Assembly: GCA_964416505.1 (NCBI GenBank)
Contig: CAYQEJ010000005.1
Coordinates: 22,488 to 86,487, forward strand
DNA: 64,000 nucleotides
Reading direction: 5' to 3'
Source of the DNA: an uncultured Gammaproteobacteria bacterium
GTDB taxonomy: Bacteria > Patescibacteriota > Microgenomatia > Levybacterales > UBA12049
Shown here: in pieces, positions 37,081 through 47,544 of the stretch
How positions within the stretch are numbered: position 1 is the first letter of the stretch
Layout of the letters: each line of letters starts with the position of its first letter
Program-made: the position numbers and the translations under genes
Notes under the pieces: generated by a model
Seen by the model: only the letters and a program-made list of their open reading frames with translations
Told to the model about the DNA's origin: nothing
The model's database searches: none

Positions 37081-38784
37081 TCAAATTTTCCTAGGCGCTT
37101 CAATTCCTAAAAGAAAAAGTCCTTTTTCCAACACTTTACCAATGGCATTTATAACTATAATCTTTTCTTTCTCATTAGAACTCCCAATCACCTTTTCCTT
37201 TTCATAAAAAGCATTGAAATTTTGTGCTAATTCAAAAAGATAATTACACAAAATATTGGGTGAAAAATTTTCAAAAGATGACTTTATATTAAAATTAAAT
37301 TGGCAGACCAATCGAATAAGTGCTATCAATTCTGGGCTAAATGTTTTCACGGAAATAGCCTCAATATCTTCTTTTTTTGACTTAGATATGAGTGAGGCTA
37401 TTCTTGCATATGTGTATTGCATGTACGGACCCGAATTGCCTGCCAAATCAATACTTTCGTCAATTGAAAATTTAATATTTGATTCGCGTGAAAACTTTAA
37501 CATACTCCATTTCACAGCACCTATTGAAAGAGCATCGATTACATCACTCGACACCTCATTAAAGTCTTTTTTTAACCTATTTCTGGTTTCATCAATTAAC
37601 CAAAAACCTGAAACGATATTTCCACTTCTGCTAGACATTTTTCCTTCTTTTAAATCGATAAATCCGTAAGACAAATGCTCTGTTTTATCTGATAAATTTT
37701 TATCTATTTTAGAAAGAGCTTTTAAAAGAACTTTAAAATATTCTGTTTGCTCATTTGCTGTCATAATGATAGATTTTTTTATTTCCGGATAGTCTTTATT
37801 CTTAGCAAAAGCAAGTCCTAAATCCTTCGCTTCATAAGTTGGATTTCCACTACTATTAATAAAAACTCTAGTATGCAACCCATCCTTATCCCCCCTAAAA
37901 ACATATGCCCCCTCATCCTTTTCAAACACATTTGGATTTTTCAAAACAATATCTTTTCCGTTCTCAGCAATTTCTGACTCAAAATAATATTTGTCATACT
38001 TAACTCCAATTTTTCTATATAGCTCCTCAAAATAATCCAAACTCCATGATCTACCTTTTTCCCAAATTTTGATCACTTGCGAATCCTTTTGATATACATT
38101 TATATTAATTAAAATTATCTCTTTCCGTGATTCTTCATTTTCTTCAAATGCTTTTGCCCCAGCTGCATAACACTTTCCCAAGAACTTAGCTCTCTCTTCA
38201 AGATTCTTTTTTTCAAAAGCTTCAAACTCTCCCGACTCTTGAATTCCCCAAATACACTTAGCCACATGCATCCCCACATCACCTTCATAATTGGCTCTTA
38301 CCACTTTATTTCCTAAAAACTCAGCCAATCTTGAAATAGACTCCCCTAAAGTGAGATTTCTAATGTGGCCAATATGAGGTTCTTTAAAAGGATTTAGGTC
38401 TCCAAATTCCATAATCATCTCTTTTCCTGAGCCTAAAGATGCATCAAAATTTAACACTTGATCTACGCTTCTAACAATCTCTTTTTCCGAGAGGAAAAAA
38501 TTGATGAATCCTGGTTTTATAAGTTCGATCTTTGTGAAAAGCTTATATTCCTCCATCTTACGAAGCTCTTCAACTATTTTTTCTCCCGAGTCCATAGGGT
38601 TTCCGAGTTTTTTTGAAACTCTTAGCGGAAGATTTGTTGTAAAATCTCCTTTTTTTAAATCTGCAGGAATCGTAACAATAACCTGAATTTCTTCTCCTGT
38701 AAGTTTTTTAATAATCTCCGTTAATACATTTTGAATTTGTAACTGAATATCCATATATGGATTGTAGCACACGCGAAGCTTCAA
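37081..38784 (-). CDS. argS: Arginyl-tRNA synthetase
   Basis: Class I HIGH motif (PNPFKEPHIGHIRN). DALR anticodon-binding-type C-terminus. True start probably the internal MDIQ. Confidence 0.9.
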   Translation of the reverse strand: MKLRVCYNPYMDIQLQIQNVLTEIIKKLTGEEIQVIVTIPADLKKGDFTTNLPLRVSKKLGNPMDSGEKIVEELRKMEEYKLFTKIELIKPGFINFFLSEKEIVRSVDQVLNFDASLGSGKEMIMEFGDLNPFKEPHIGHIRNLTLGESISRLAEFLGNKVVRANYEGDVGMHVAKCIWGIQESGEFEAFEKKNLEERAKFLGKCYAAGAKAFEENEESRKEIILININVYQKDSQVIKIWEKGRSWSLDYFEELYRKIGVKYDKYYFESEIAENGKDIVLKNPNVFEKDEGAYVFRGDKDGLHTRVFINSSGNPTYEAKDLGLAFAKNKDYPEIKKSIIMTANEQTEYFKVLLKALSKIDKNLSDKTEHLSYGFIDLKEGKMSSRSGNIVSGFWLIDETRNRLKKDFNEVSSDVIDALSIGAVKWSMLKFSRESNIKFSIDESIDLAGNSGPYMQYTYARIASLISKSKKEDIEAISVKTFSPELIALIRLVCQFNFNIKSSFENFSPNILCNYLFELAQNFNAFYEKEKVIGSSNEKEKIIVINAIGKVLEKGLFLLGIEAPRKI

Positions 38785-38842
38785 ATTGAATTCATACAGT
38801 GTTTTAATCTTAACCTGTTATTAATATGCTAAATTTCCCCAA

Positions 38843-39355
38843 ATGCTTCAAGGAAACACAATTTTCAAAGCTGAAGATAATACAAAAGAAGATGCCCATA
38901 ACGAGCTTAAGAAAGAGAACATTAAAGAAAAAGAAAAGCTGGAAGGATTACTAAAAAAAGCAGAAAAAGTTCTATTTAAAGCTAAAAATATAATCCCAAT
39001 TCTACCGAGCGAAATAATAATTGATACTGCTAAAGTTACAATAATTCATCGCTCATTCTTTTTTTCCGAAAGAATTCACTCTGTTGCGGTAGCTGATATA
39101 TCTGATGTTTTCATAGATACCGTTCCGTTAATTGCCTCGATCAACATCGTAGATGAAGGTTTTGTAGAAAACATAGTTAAAGTATCATGGCTACCTAAAA
39201 GAGATGCAGAAAGAGCAAGGAGAATCATTACGGGACTAATGGAAGCTAAAAAGGAAAAGATAGACATAAAAGTCGTAGAAGATAATGATCTAACCAATAA
39301 GCTTGAACAAATTGGCAATGTGAAAGAAACCGTAACTTCAGTAACAAAGGCCTAA
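38843..39355 (+). CDS. Hypothetical protein
   Basis: ORF only. Lys/Glu-rich N-terminus. Confidence 0.4.
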   Translation: MLQGNTIFKAEDNTKEDAHNELKKENIKEKEKLEGLLKKAEKVLFKAKNIIPILPSEIIIDTAKVTIIHRSFFFSERIHSVAVADISDVFIDTVPLIASINIVDEGFVENIVKVSWLPKRDAERARRIITGLMEAKKEKIDIKVVEDNDLTNKLEQIGNVKETVTSVTKA

Positions 39356-39373
39356 ATTTCTTACAATTGCGTA

Positions 39374-39811
39374 TTGCAATTTAATATCTCTAGTGGTACG
39401 GTTATATCAAATATGAAAGTTCTTCTTGTAGATGATGACGAGGCTCTTTTGACAATATTTTCCACTACGCTTCAAAAACATGGATATGAAGTCATTACAG
39501 CAAATAATGGACAATCAGGACTAGAAAAAGCAAAGACCGATAAGCCTGATTTCATATTCCTAGATCAGGTAATGCCTGATATACAAGGCAATGAGGTTCT
39601 CAAAACTTTGAAAGACGACCCTGAAACTAATCCAATTCCTGTAGCTATGCTTTCTAATTTCGGTCAGAATGAATTAATTCAAAAAGCAATAAATACTGGT
39701 GCCGCAGATTATATATTAAAATATCTAATTGAACCTGATGATTTAGATCAAAAGATTCGCGATCTGACTAAAGCGGCAGAGTCTCAACCAGGCAGTGAAC
39801 AGCCGCTCTAA
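39374..39811 (+). CDS. Stand-alone response-regulator receiver domain protein (CheY-like)
   Basis: KVLLVDDDE...DFIFLDQVMPD receiver motifs. Probable start at MKVLLV (about 39413). Confidence 0.8.
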   Translation: MQFNISSGTVISNMKVLLVDDDEALLTIFSTTLQKHGYEVITANNGQSGLEKAKTDKPDFIFLDQVMPDIQGNEVLKTLKDDPETNPIPVAMLSNFGQNELIQKAINTGAADYILKYLIEPDDLDQKIRDLTKAAESQPGSEQPL

Positions 39812-39816
39812 GGCTT

Positions 39817-40995
39817 ATGATACTATCAACTGCCCTAATCATAATCTCTCTGATTTTTCTTCTTATATCTATTTCCATATTTATTGAGTTCAAAAATAAA
39901 TCTTTCAGGAATAATTCGGGCGTTAATCCACAATTATTCAGCGTCATCAGCAGCCTCTCTGATGGCGTCATAGTTATTGACAATCAATATAAGCCCTGGG
40001 CAATTAACGATAGTGCAAGATCTTTTCTTAAAATAACTAAAGAATTTCCTAGCTTTGAAGATATCTCTTCTTATTTTCCCCACAATATAAACCTACACGA
40101 GAAAATTAAAGAAGTTATTCAATATGACAGGCAAGTTATTTTTAATGAAATAGAAATTGAAGGAAAAACATATCAAATCTACATAAATCCTGTTACAGAC
40201 CGAAAAAATCACAATATATCAACAGGAAATATAATAGGAGTCTCAATTCTTCTTCAAGATATAACAGATGAAAAGTCATTAGAAAAAATGAAAGATGAAT
40301 TCTCTCATTCAGTTGTCCATGAACTTAGGGCTCCAATGGCTGCGATAAAAGATAGCGCTTCTTTAATGCTTAATGATGGTCTTACCGAAGAACAAGAAAA
40401 CAAGATGCTTTCACTGATTCATGATCAAGCTAAAAAAATGTTGGAGCAAATATCTACTATCCTGGACGCTGCAAAAGTAGATGAAGGGAGACTCACATTG
40501 ATAAAAGCCCCAGGAGATATAGGAAAACTAGTTCAGGATCAAGTTTCTTTGTTTCTTCCTGAAGCTAAGAAAAAGAATATTACCTTAATAGCTGAAATTG
40601 GCAATAACCTCCCCACCCTCACTTTCGACAGTACAAGAATAACTCAAGCTTTTACAAATATTATCTCTAATAGCCTCAAATATACGAATGCAAATGGAAA
40701 TATTAAGGTCACGGTTGATACAGATGAGGAATACGAAAATACAAAAAACTCAGGATCTGTAATTATCTCAGTAGTTGATAATGGGATAGGAATTCCAGAA
40801 GAAAAACAACACTTACTTTTTACTAAGTTTGGGCAATTAAATTCAAATAGCACCAAAGAAGCTCAAGCGGTAAGTAGCGGTCTAGGATTATATATAACAA
40901 AAGGAATAATAGAAGCTCATGGAGGAAAAATTAGCATTCAATCGGAAGTTGGAAAAGGAACAACAGCAACACTTACTCTTCCAGTAAATCAGTAA
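39817..40995 (+). CDS. Sensor histidine kinase (HisKA + HATPase_c)
   Basis: N-terminal TM. H-box FSHSVVHELRAPMAAI. N/G boxes (ISNSLKYT, VVDNGIGIPEE, SGLGLYITKGIIEAHGG). Confidence 0.85.
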   Translation: MILSTALIIISLIFLLISISIFIEFKNKSFRNNSGVNPQLFSVISSLSDGVIVIDNQYKPWAINDSARSFLKITKEFPSFEDISSYFPHNINLHEKIKEVIQYDRQVIFNEIEIEGKTYQIYINPVTDRKNHNISTGNIIGVSILLQDITDEKSLEKMKDEFSHSVVHELRAPMAAIKDSASLMLNDGLTEEQENKMLSLIHDQAKKMLEQISTILDAAKVDEGRLTLIKAPGDIGKLVQDQVSLFLPEAKKKNITLIAEIGNNLPTLTFDSTRITQAFTNIISNSLKYTNANGNIKVTVDTDEEYENTKNSGSVIISVVDNGIGIPEEKQHLLFTKFGQLNSNSTKEAQAVSSGLGLYITKGIIEAHGGKISIQSEVGKGTTATLTLPVNQ

Positions 40996-41004
40996 TAAAA
41001 GATC

Positions 41005-41868
41005 TCATTTTTTTGTTTTTAAAAACCATATCTTTCCATCACTTATTATTTCAATATCGCCTACTTGATCTGTCCTTAAGTAACTCACATTCTCCTTTTT
41101 TAATAAATCCAATATCTGCTTAGAAGGATGACCATAGTTATTTTTACCAACTGATATGGCTGCAAAATCTGGATTCATAAAAGACAATTCTAATTCATCA
41201 ATTCCTGTCCTAGAACCATGGTGAGGGACTTTCAGAAAATTAATCGAATTAGCCTCAGTATAAATCTCATTCATCTCTTCAAATCCAACATCTGCTGTTA
41301 ACAACCCTTTAAAATCCCCAAACCTTACCAATTCAACCACTGCAACTTTGTTTAAGGTAGTCTTTGATCTATTTTTATTCATTCTTTCAATCGCTTTTAG
41401 GCTTGGCCATAAAGTTAACATACTAAAACCAGACCTATCGGAAATCTTCTTTCCTGAGAGTAAATATTTAGCACTCAGTTTTTTGTCTGATAATTTAGCT
41501 TCAAGTCTCTTATATACTTCTGTGGATCCAGACACCTCTTGAGTATAGAAATTCTCAATCTTATATCTGTCAACTACATCAATCAACCCCAAAGAATGAT
41601 CAGCATCAGGATGAGTCATGATTACGAGGTCTAAACTCCTATCCCAAAAGGGCATGTACCTAGAAAGACAATTTAACACGCTTGAATCAGGCCCACCATC
41701 AATCAAAATATCAGTTTGAATTGCTGTTCGAATAAATATGGCATCTCCTTGACCAACATCACAAACAATCAAATGAAGCTTATCGTCTTGATATTTAAAA
41801 AATGCGAAAAAAATAAGAAATATGAGTAAAAATAAGGCTATGAAAATTATTATAATGAACTTTTTCAT
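41005..41868 (-). CDS. comEC: ComEC C-terminal metallo-beta-lactamase-fold domain protein
   Basis: HPDADHSLGL (HxHxDH) and downstream His/Asp ligands. Overlaps the upstream ComEC membrane-domain ORF by 4 nt. Confidence 0.7.
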   Translation of the reverse strand: MKKFIIIIFIALFLLIFLIFFAFFKYQDDKLHLIVCDVGQGDAIFIRTAIQTDILIDGGPDSSVLNCLSRYMPFWDRSLDLVIMTHPDADHSLGLIDVVDRYKIENFYTQEVSGSTEVYKRLEAKLSDKKLSAKYLLSGKKISDRSGFSMLTLWPSLKAIERMNKNRSKTTLNKVAVVELVRFGDFKGLLTADVGFEEMNEIYTEANSINFLKVPHHGSRTGIDELELSFMNPDFAAISVGKNNYGHPSKQILDLLKKENVSYLRTDQVGDIEIISDGKIWFLKTKK

Positions 41869-43106
41869 TCCTTTTTCCGACTAATCAAAACTAAGGAAAA
41901 TAAAATCATATAATAACCCACTATTAAAGCTAAAGGAAAGCTATCTATCTCAAAAATTCCACCTAATTGAGAAAAGGAATTGACCACAAACTGAAAATAA
42001 ACCAAGAATGGTAAAGCTAGATAAGAAGTAATCGTTCCTAATGGAAGGAGAATTATTCCAAGCACTGAGGCTATTCCACCAATAATCATTAGAATTGGTA
42101 CGGTCCAAAGAACTAAAACATTTACAAATACTGAATAAATAGAATAATTACCAAAATTAGCCATAATTATAGGCAAAGTAAATATCTGCGCAGATAAGGT
42201 AGTTAATAAATCATCAACTAAAGATGATTTATTTAATATAGCTTTGATACTATTGTTCATAAGCAAAAGCGGCCTGAAATAAATTAATCCCAACGTAGCC
42301 ATAAATGACAGCTGAAATCCTATATCAAATAATAAGATAGGAGTTTTAAAAAGCATAATAAAACCCGCTATAAATAAACCTAGAAACGAACTACTCTGCC
42401 TCCCAGTTAGCTGCGCTAAAAAAACCAAAATACCCATAATTGAAGCTCTGACAATAGAAGCTTCAAATCCAGCCATAAATGCGTAAAATAGGATACCAAA
42501 AATTGTAAATATTAAGGCTAATTGCCTTCTCATAAATGATCCAAATAAAACTAATAAAAATCCCCCTACCATAGCTACATTCATTCCTGAGGCTGCTATA
42601 ACATGTAATAAGCCAGTTTTTTGAAGATTGTCTTTAAAATTAGGCGACATTTCCTCTTTTATTCCAAATACTATTCCTAACATAAGAGCTGAATAATCTG
42701 AACTAAGACTAGAATTAAACACTTTAATGATATTTTCCCTTACTCTATATATCAGATTCCTGTCTTCCCCTCTAGAAATCACCACGAACCTAGGATATTT
42801 AATAGATGCAATTTTTTTACCGTTTTTAGCTTGAAAATAATTAATTTTTCCTTCAATTCTTAACTTATCTCCATAGGAAATAACTGGACTCAAGGGAAAA
42901 TTAACAACAACTAGCTGTGAATTTGGCATATATAAAGACACCTGCTGACCTCGAATTGATTCTTTAACCTGGGAGCTTACGTTTGATTCAAAGCTAATTT
43001 GAAAACCCTGAGGATAATCTTTTAAATTAGCAAAGAAAACAAATAAGCGCAAAACAAGTGCGAGTGATAACAAAGCTAGGGCAATAATTATTAGCCTTGA
43101 ATTCAT
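41865..43106 (-). CDS. comEC: ComEC N-terminal part (DUF4131 plus competence membrane domain)
   Basis: OB-fold-like N-terminus followed by about 10 TM helices typical of the ComEC/Rec2 channel. Encoded separately from the MBL domain. Confidence 0.7.
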   Translation of the reverse strand: MNSRLIIIALALLSLALVLRLFVFFANLKDYPQGFQISFESNVSSQVKESIRGQQVSLYMPNSQLVVVNFPLSPVISYGDKLRIEGKINYFQAKNGKKIASIKYPRFVVISRGEDRNLIYRVRENIIKVFNSSLSSDYSALMLGIVFGIKEEMSPNFKDNLQKTGLLHVIAASGMNVAMVGGFLLVLFGSFMRRQLALIFTIFGILFYAFMAGFEASIVRASIMGILVFLAQLTGRQSSSFLGLFIAGFIMLFKTPILLFDIGFQLSFMATLGLIYFRPLLLMNNSIKAILNKSSLVDDLLTTLSAQIFTLPIIMANFGNYSIYSVFVNVLVLWTVPILMIIGGIASVLGIILLPLGTITSYLALPFLVYFQFVVNSFSQLGGIFEIDSFPLALIVGYYMILFSLVLISRKKE

Positions 43107-43670
43107 TTAGTTGGCTGCAATTTTATCTTTTATCTTTTCAAATGTTGCCTGACCAATAATCTTTCTATTTAACAAATCTTCAACACTCGAGAAAGGACGA
43201 GCGGAGATGATATTTTGAGCTGTGATTTCTCCTATTCCAGGAAGAGATTCTAGATCAGACTGAGAAGCTGTATTTATATTCATAACCGAAGCTGCTTGAG
43301 AAGATAAACTACTACCTGAGGAAAGTATCTCCTCACCTACTCTTGGAATATATATTTTGAGACCATCAGAAGCCTTTGAAGCCATGTTTATGTTCTTTTC
43401 TACCCAATACCGATCTGCCTCTTCCCCCATGCCTCCAGCAGCAGCTAGAGCGTCTACAATACGCGATTCGGCTGAGAGAGTGTAGACACCAGGCTTAATA
43501 ACCGCTCCTTCAATGTCTACTGTAATTTTGGAATCTACTATTTTGGTATCCTCAATTACTAGAGGAGCCTCCTTAGGCTTATTTAAAATTTGAAAAAAAC
43601 CAAAAAAGAGGAACCCGAGGCCTATCACCCCGATTAAAAGAGGCAAATAATTTTCCTTGATCCTATTCAT
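43107..43670 (-). CDS. comEA: ComEA-like helix-hairpin-helix DNA receptor
   Basis: N-terminal TM. C-terminal tandem HhH (LESLPGIGEITAQNIISARPFSSVEDLLNRKIIGQATFEKI). Confidence 0.8.
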   Translation of the reverse strand: MNRIKENYLPLLIGVIGLGFLFFGFFQILNKPKEAPLVIEDTKIVDSKITVDIEGAVIKPGVYTLSAESRIVDALAAAGGMGEEADRYWVEKNINMASKASDGLKIYIPRVGEEILSSGSSLSSQAASVMNINTASQSDLESLPGIGEITAQNIISARPFSSVEDLLNRKIIGQATFEKIKDKIAAN

Positions 43671-46112
43671 TTATTTAGCTACAAAATTTAGGATCTTCCC
43701 TGGAACATAAATTACCTTAATTATATTTAATGAATCAAAGTGTTTTGATATCTTAATATCAGATTTTGCTAGATTTTCTACTCTGCCTTGATCATTTACT
43801 AAGGATCTAGAAACATTTATCAACCCTCTTAATTTTCCATTTATCTGAACAGCTACATTAAACACATTTTCTTCAAGTTTTGACTCGTCATAGTCTGGCC
43901 ATGGCTCTAGATGCACAGAATTATTTCCGCCCAGCTTTTCCCAAAGCTCTTCTGTCAAATATGGAGCAAAAGGTGCAAGAAGAACTACTAATGTTTTTAG
44001 ATATTTTGACTCAATGATTTCTTTTGATGCAGATAGACCATTTACATATTCCATTATTTTTGCCAAACTCGTGTTATAACGCAGGTTTTCCATGTCATCA
44101 GTAACACTCTTGATTGTGATATTCATTTCCTTTTCTAAATCATCCTTGCTCTGATTCTTAGCACCTTCAGTCTTTAAGTGATTATTTGAGGCTAAATTTA
44201 AATCAACTAATTTCCTTACTCTTTTCAAGAACCTCTCCATGCCCTCAATTCCAGAATCCCTAAAGTCTCCCCCTTGATCAAAAGGACCTAAGAACATCAA
44301 ATAGCATCTCATGGTATCAGCACCATATTTCTCGATATATTCATCGGGGTTTACAACATTTCCCCTGCTTTTACTCATCTTTGCTCCATCTTTGATTATT
44401 AACCCATGCGCTCTAAATTTAGTAAATGGTTCATCAAAATCCAATAAATTCTGGTCGAATAGAACTTTTGTAATAAATCTGGAATATAAAAGATGAAGAA
44501 CTGAATGCTCTGCTCCCCCTATATAACTATTTACCGGTAACCATGCCTTAGTAATTCCTTCATCGAAAGCTCTATCAGATAAATCAGTTGATGGGTACCT
44601 TAAGAAATACCACGAACTATCAAGAAATGTATCAGCCACATCTGTTTCTCTCTTAGCAGGACCGTCACATTTTGGGCATTTCGTATTTACAAAGGAATCA
44701 TCTGAAGCCAAAGGGGAAACCCCTGTACCAAGTGGCCTAAAATTTTCAATATAAGGTAGCAGAACAGGCAAATCTTTTTCCTCCACGGGAATCCAACCAT
44801 CCTTTTCACATTTAATCATTGGGATTGGTGCTCCCCAATACCTCTGGCGTGATATAAGCCAATCTCTTAAATGATATGAAGTCTCCCTGCTTCCAATACC
44901 TTTCTCCTCAATCCACTCTAAAATTTTGCCTAAATCCTTTTCACTATTCAATCCGCTCCATTCTCCAGAATCTATCAAAACTCCCCTGCTTGCATAACAT
45001 CCATCATCAAAATCACTTGGTTTTTCTAAAACATATTTTATTTCTAGATCATACTTTCTTGCAAAATCATAGTCCCTTTCATCATGCGCAGGAACTGCCA
45101 TAATCGCTCCTGTACCATAACCCATCAAAACATAATCAGCAATCCAAACTGGAATTTTCTGGTTTGTAACGGGATTTGTAGCATAAAATCCACTAAACAC
45201 CCCTGTCTTCTCCTTCTCCAAGCCTTCTTCAGCTTTCTCAGATACTTTATTTATGTATTCTTTTATATTTTGATCCATTTTATCTAATCTAGATTGAACA
45301 AATGAATGTTCTGGCGAAACTACCAAAAATGTTGCGCCAAACAAAGTGTCTGGTCGCGTTGTGAATACTTCAATAGATTGATTATCATCAGTTTCAAATC
45401 TTAATCTTGCTCCTTCACTTTTTCCAATCCAATTTTTCTGAGCAAGTTTTACTTTTTCAGTCCAATCAATTCGATCAAGCCCTTCCAAAAGCCTATCTGA
45501 ATAATCCGTGATCTTAAAAAACCATTGCTCAAGCTCTTTTCTTTCAACAAGCGTATTACACCTCTCACAATAACCAGAAAGAACTTGCTCATCAGCTAAA
45601 ACAGTTTTACAAGATGGACACCAATTAACTTCTGCTTTCTTTTTTTCTGCAAGCCCAGCCTTAAAAAGCTGAATAAAAAGCCATTGTGTCCATTTATAAT
45701 AATCGGGTGCCGATGTATTTACTGAATGCGACCAATCATATGAAAAACCTAATGAGTCAAACTGTTCTTTAAAGTGCTTAGTAGCTCTATTTATAAGATT
45801 TTGAGGATGATCATTTATTTTTAAAGCAAAATTTTCGGAATGAATTCCGAAAGCATCAAAACCCATTGGCTGAAAAACATCAAATCCTCGCATACGCTTA
45901 AATCTAGCGTATACATCTGCTCCCGTTCCTGAAAAAGCATGCCCAACATGGAGCCCTTCTGCGGAAGGATAAGGAAACATATAAAGACAATAAAAAGGAT
46001 TTTTAGCGCTTTCTAGATTTGGGTGATAGATATTTGCAGCCTCCCATTTCTTATTCCATTTTTCCTGAATTTCCCTATGGTTATATTTTTTTGCTTGCAT
46101 AATTAGCCTCAT
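43671..46112 (-). CDS. leuS: Leucyl-tRNA synthetase
   Basis: HIGH motif (GLHVGHAFSG) and KMSKS motif (GAKMSKSRGNVV). CP1 editing domain present. Confidence 0.95.
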   Translation of the reverse strand: MRLIMQAKKYNHREIQEKWNKKWEAANIYHPNLESAKNPFYCLYMFPYPSAEGLHVGHAFSGTGADVYARFKRMRGFDVFQPMGFDAFGIHSENFALKINDHPQNLINRATKHFKEQFDSLGFSYDWSHSVNTSAPDYYKWTQWLFIQLFKAGLAEKKKAEVNWCPSCKTVLADEQVLSGYCERCNTLVERKELEQWFFKITDYSDRLLEGLDRIDWTEKVKLAQKNWIGKSEGARLRFETDDNQSIEVFTTRPDTLFGATFLVVSPEHSFVQSRLDKMDQNIKEYINKVSEKAEEGLEKEKTGVFSGFYATNPVTNQKIPVWIADYVLMGYGTGAIMAVPAHDERDYDFARKYDLEIKYVLEKPSDFDDGCYASRGVLIDSGEWSGLNSEKDLGKILEWIEEKGIGSRETSYHLRDWLISRQRYWGAPIPMIKCEKDGWIPVEEKDLPVLLPYIENFRPLGTGVSPLASDDSFVNTKCPKCDGPAKRETDVADTFLDSSWYFLRYPSTDLSDRAFDEGITKAWLPVNSYIGGAEHSVLHLLYSRFITKVLFDQNLLDFDEPFTKFRAHGLIIKDGAKMSKSRGNVVNPDEYIEKYGADTMRCYLMFLGPFDQGGDFRDSGIEGMERFLKRVRKLVDLNLASNNHLKTEGAKNQSKDDLEKEMNITIKSVTDDMENLRYNTSLAKIMEYVNGLSASKEIIESKYLKTLVVLLAPFAPYLTEELWEKLGGNNSVHLEPWPDYDESKLEENVFNVAVQINGKLRGLINVSRSLVNDQGRVENLAKSDIKISKHFDSLNIIKVIYVPGKILNFVAK

Positions 46113-46163
46113 TGCAAGTATATCATACTTGTAATTTAGCTTAGATTTCCTTACGATTAATTT

Positions 46164-46781
46164 ATGAGCTTCTATAAAGACTCTCTTTTTCTTCTAGCCT
46201 CATTCATTATTGTTTTCATCTGGGAAAAAAGTCAATTTAGCGAGTATTCTATCCCTTTTGTCGGATTCTTAATCTTCATCTTTCTTCTTATTTCTATTAA
46301 AAATAAACAGAATTTTAACCTGGGAGGACCCATAAATTTCTTTATCCTAAACACAATACTTCTTCTCTTTATATTTGCGACTGGTGGATTAAACTCAAGC
46401 CTCTTCTTCTTGCTTTACTTCCTTCTTTTCGCAGCTTCTTTCGTAATGGATCCTCGAAGTGTTTTTATAATCCCAATTTCCCTAATAATTATCTTCTGGT
46501 CACAAATTTTCACAGGAGATCCTACTCCTAACATTATAAAATTAGCCTCAATTTCTATTCTTTCTCCTTTAGCTTATCTTTTTGGATCTCAATTTAAGAA
46601 AAACTCAAACAATGAGGATGATAAATTAGCTTCAAGCGAGAGACTTTCAGCTTCAGCGGATGAAATATCAAACGACGTAAAAGAAGTAATTGAATCAGGA
46701 AAAGGAAAACTTGACTCAAAACAAATCGATAAACTTAAAGAAATATTAAATGAAGCTAAAGATTTAAGAGAGGAAAAGTAA
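46164..46781 (+). CDS. Hypothetical polytopic membrane protein with C-terminal coiled-coil
   Basis: Five to six TM segments. Charged helical tail. Confidence 0.45.
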   Translation: MSFYKDSLFLLASFIIVFIWEKSQFSEYSIPFVGFLIFIFLLISIKNKQNFNLGGPINFFILNTILLLFIFATGGLNSSLFFLLYFLLFAASFVMDPRSVFIIPISLIIIFWSQIFTGDPTPNIIKLASISILSPLAYLFGSQFKKNSNNEDDKLASSERLSASADEISNDVKEVIESGKGKLDSKQIDKLKEILNEAKDLREEK

Positions 46782-47543
46782 ATGAGAACTTCCCTAGCCT
46801 CGATAACTTACATAATATTGATTATTTTTTTCACAAATCACGCATTTGCTCAAACCATGACTAATGGAAGCTTTAGAATTCAGATGGGAAATCTTAATTC
46901 AATCGCTGGAGAAAGTACTGGATCAAACTACAAACTAAATCAAACTTCCGGAGAAACAGCTCCAGGATTATATTCAGGAACAAATTATAAAGTTAGAGCA
47001 GGTTTTCAATATATTCCACGAGGCGGATCCTTCTCATTTTCAATCTCACATAACCTAATAGATTTCGGTATTCTTTCTCCCACAAATCCTGTCACTCGCA
47101 CTACTACTTTGACAATATCTAACTCAAGTAGTGACTCTTATCAGGTCACAACTTCAGAAAACCATCAACTTCTTTCTTCGAAAACGGGAGCGATAATTCC
47201 TGACACAACATGCGATAGCGGAAACTGCAAAGAAACCACAGCGGGATTATGGTCTAGCACGCTTACATATGGATTTGGATTTAGATGTGACTCAATTTCC
47301 ATAACGCCCACTGATTCAAACAAAGCAAAATCCTGCATAGATGATGACAGATTCTCAATTAGCCCAAATAATTTCAAGCAATTCGCAGATGTTTCAAAAT
47401 CAGAAAAGGCTCAGATAATAATAAAAGGAGGAAAAGGAAAATCTCAAAAAGCTCAAGTCACATATAAGGTTAACATTCCTTCTTCACAAGCAACTGGTAA
47501 CTACTCAAACTCAATTACTTATATAGCGACGCCCGGATTTTAA
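46782..47543 (+). CDS. Hypothetical secreted protein (signal peptide)
   Basis: N-terminal signal peptide (IILIIFFTNHAFAQT). Ser/Thr/Asn-rich beta-type composition. Confidence 0.45.
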   Translation: MRTSLASITYIILIIFFTNHAFAQTMTNGSFRIQMGNLNSIAGESTGSNYKLNQTSGETAPGLYSGTNYKVRAGFQYIPRGGSFSFSISHNLIDFGILSPTNPVTRTTTLTISNSSSDSYQVTTSENHQLLSSKTGAIIPDTTCDSGNCKETTAGLWSSTLTYGFGFRCDSISITPTDSNKAKSCIDDDRFSISPNNFKQFADVSKSEKAQIIIKGGKGKSQKAQVTYKVNIPSSQATGNYSNSITYIATPGF

Positions 47544-47544
47544 T

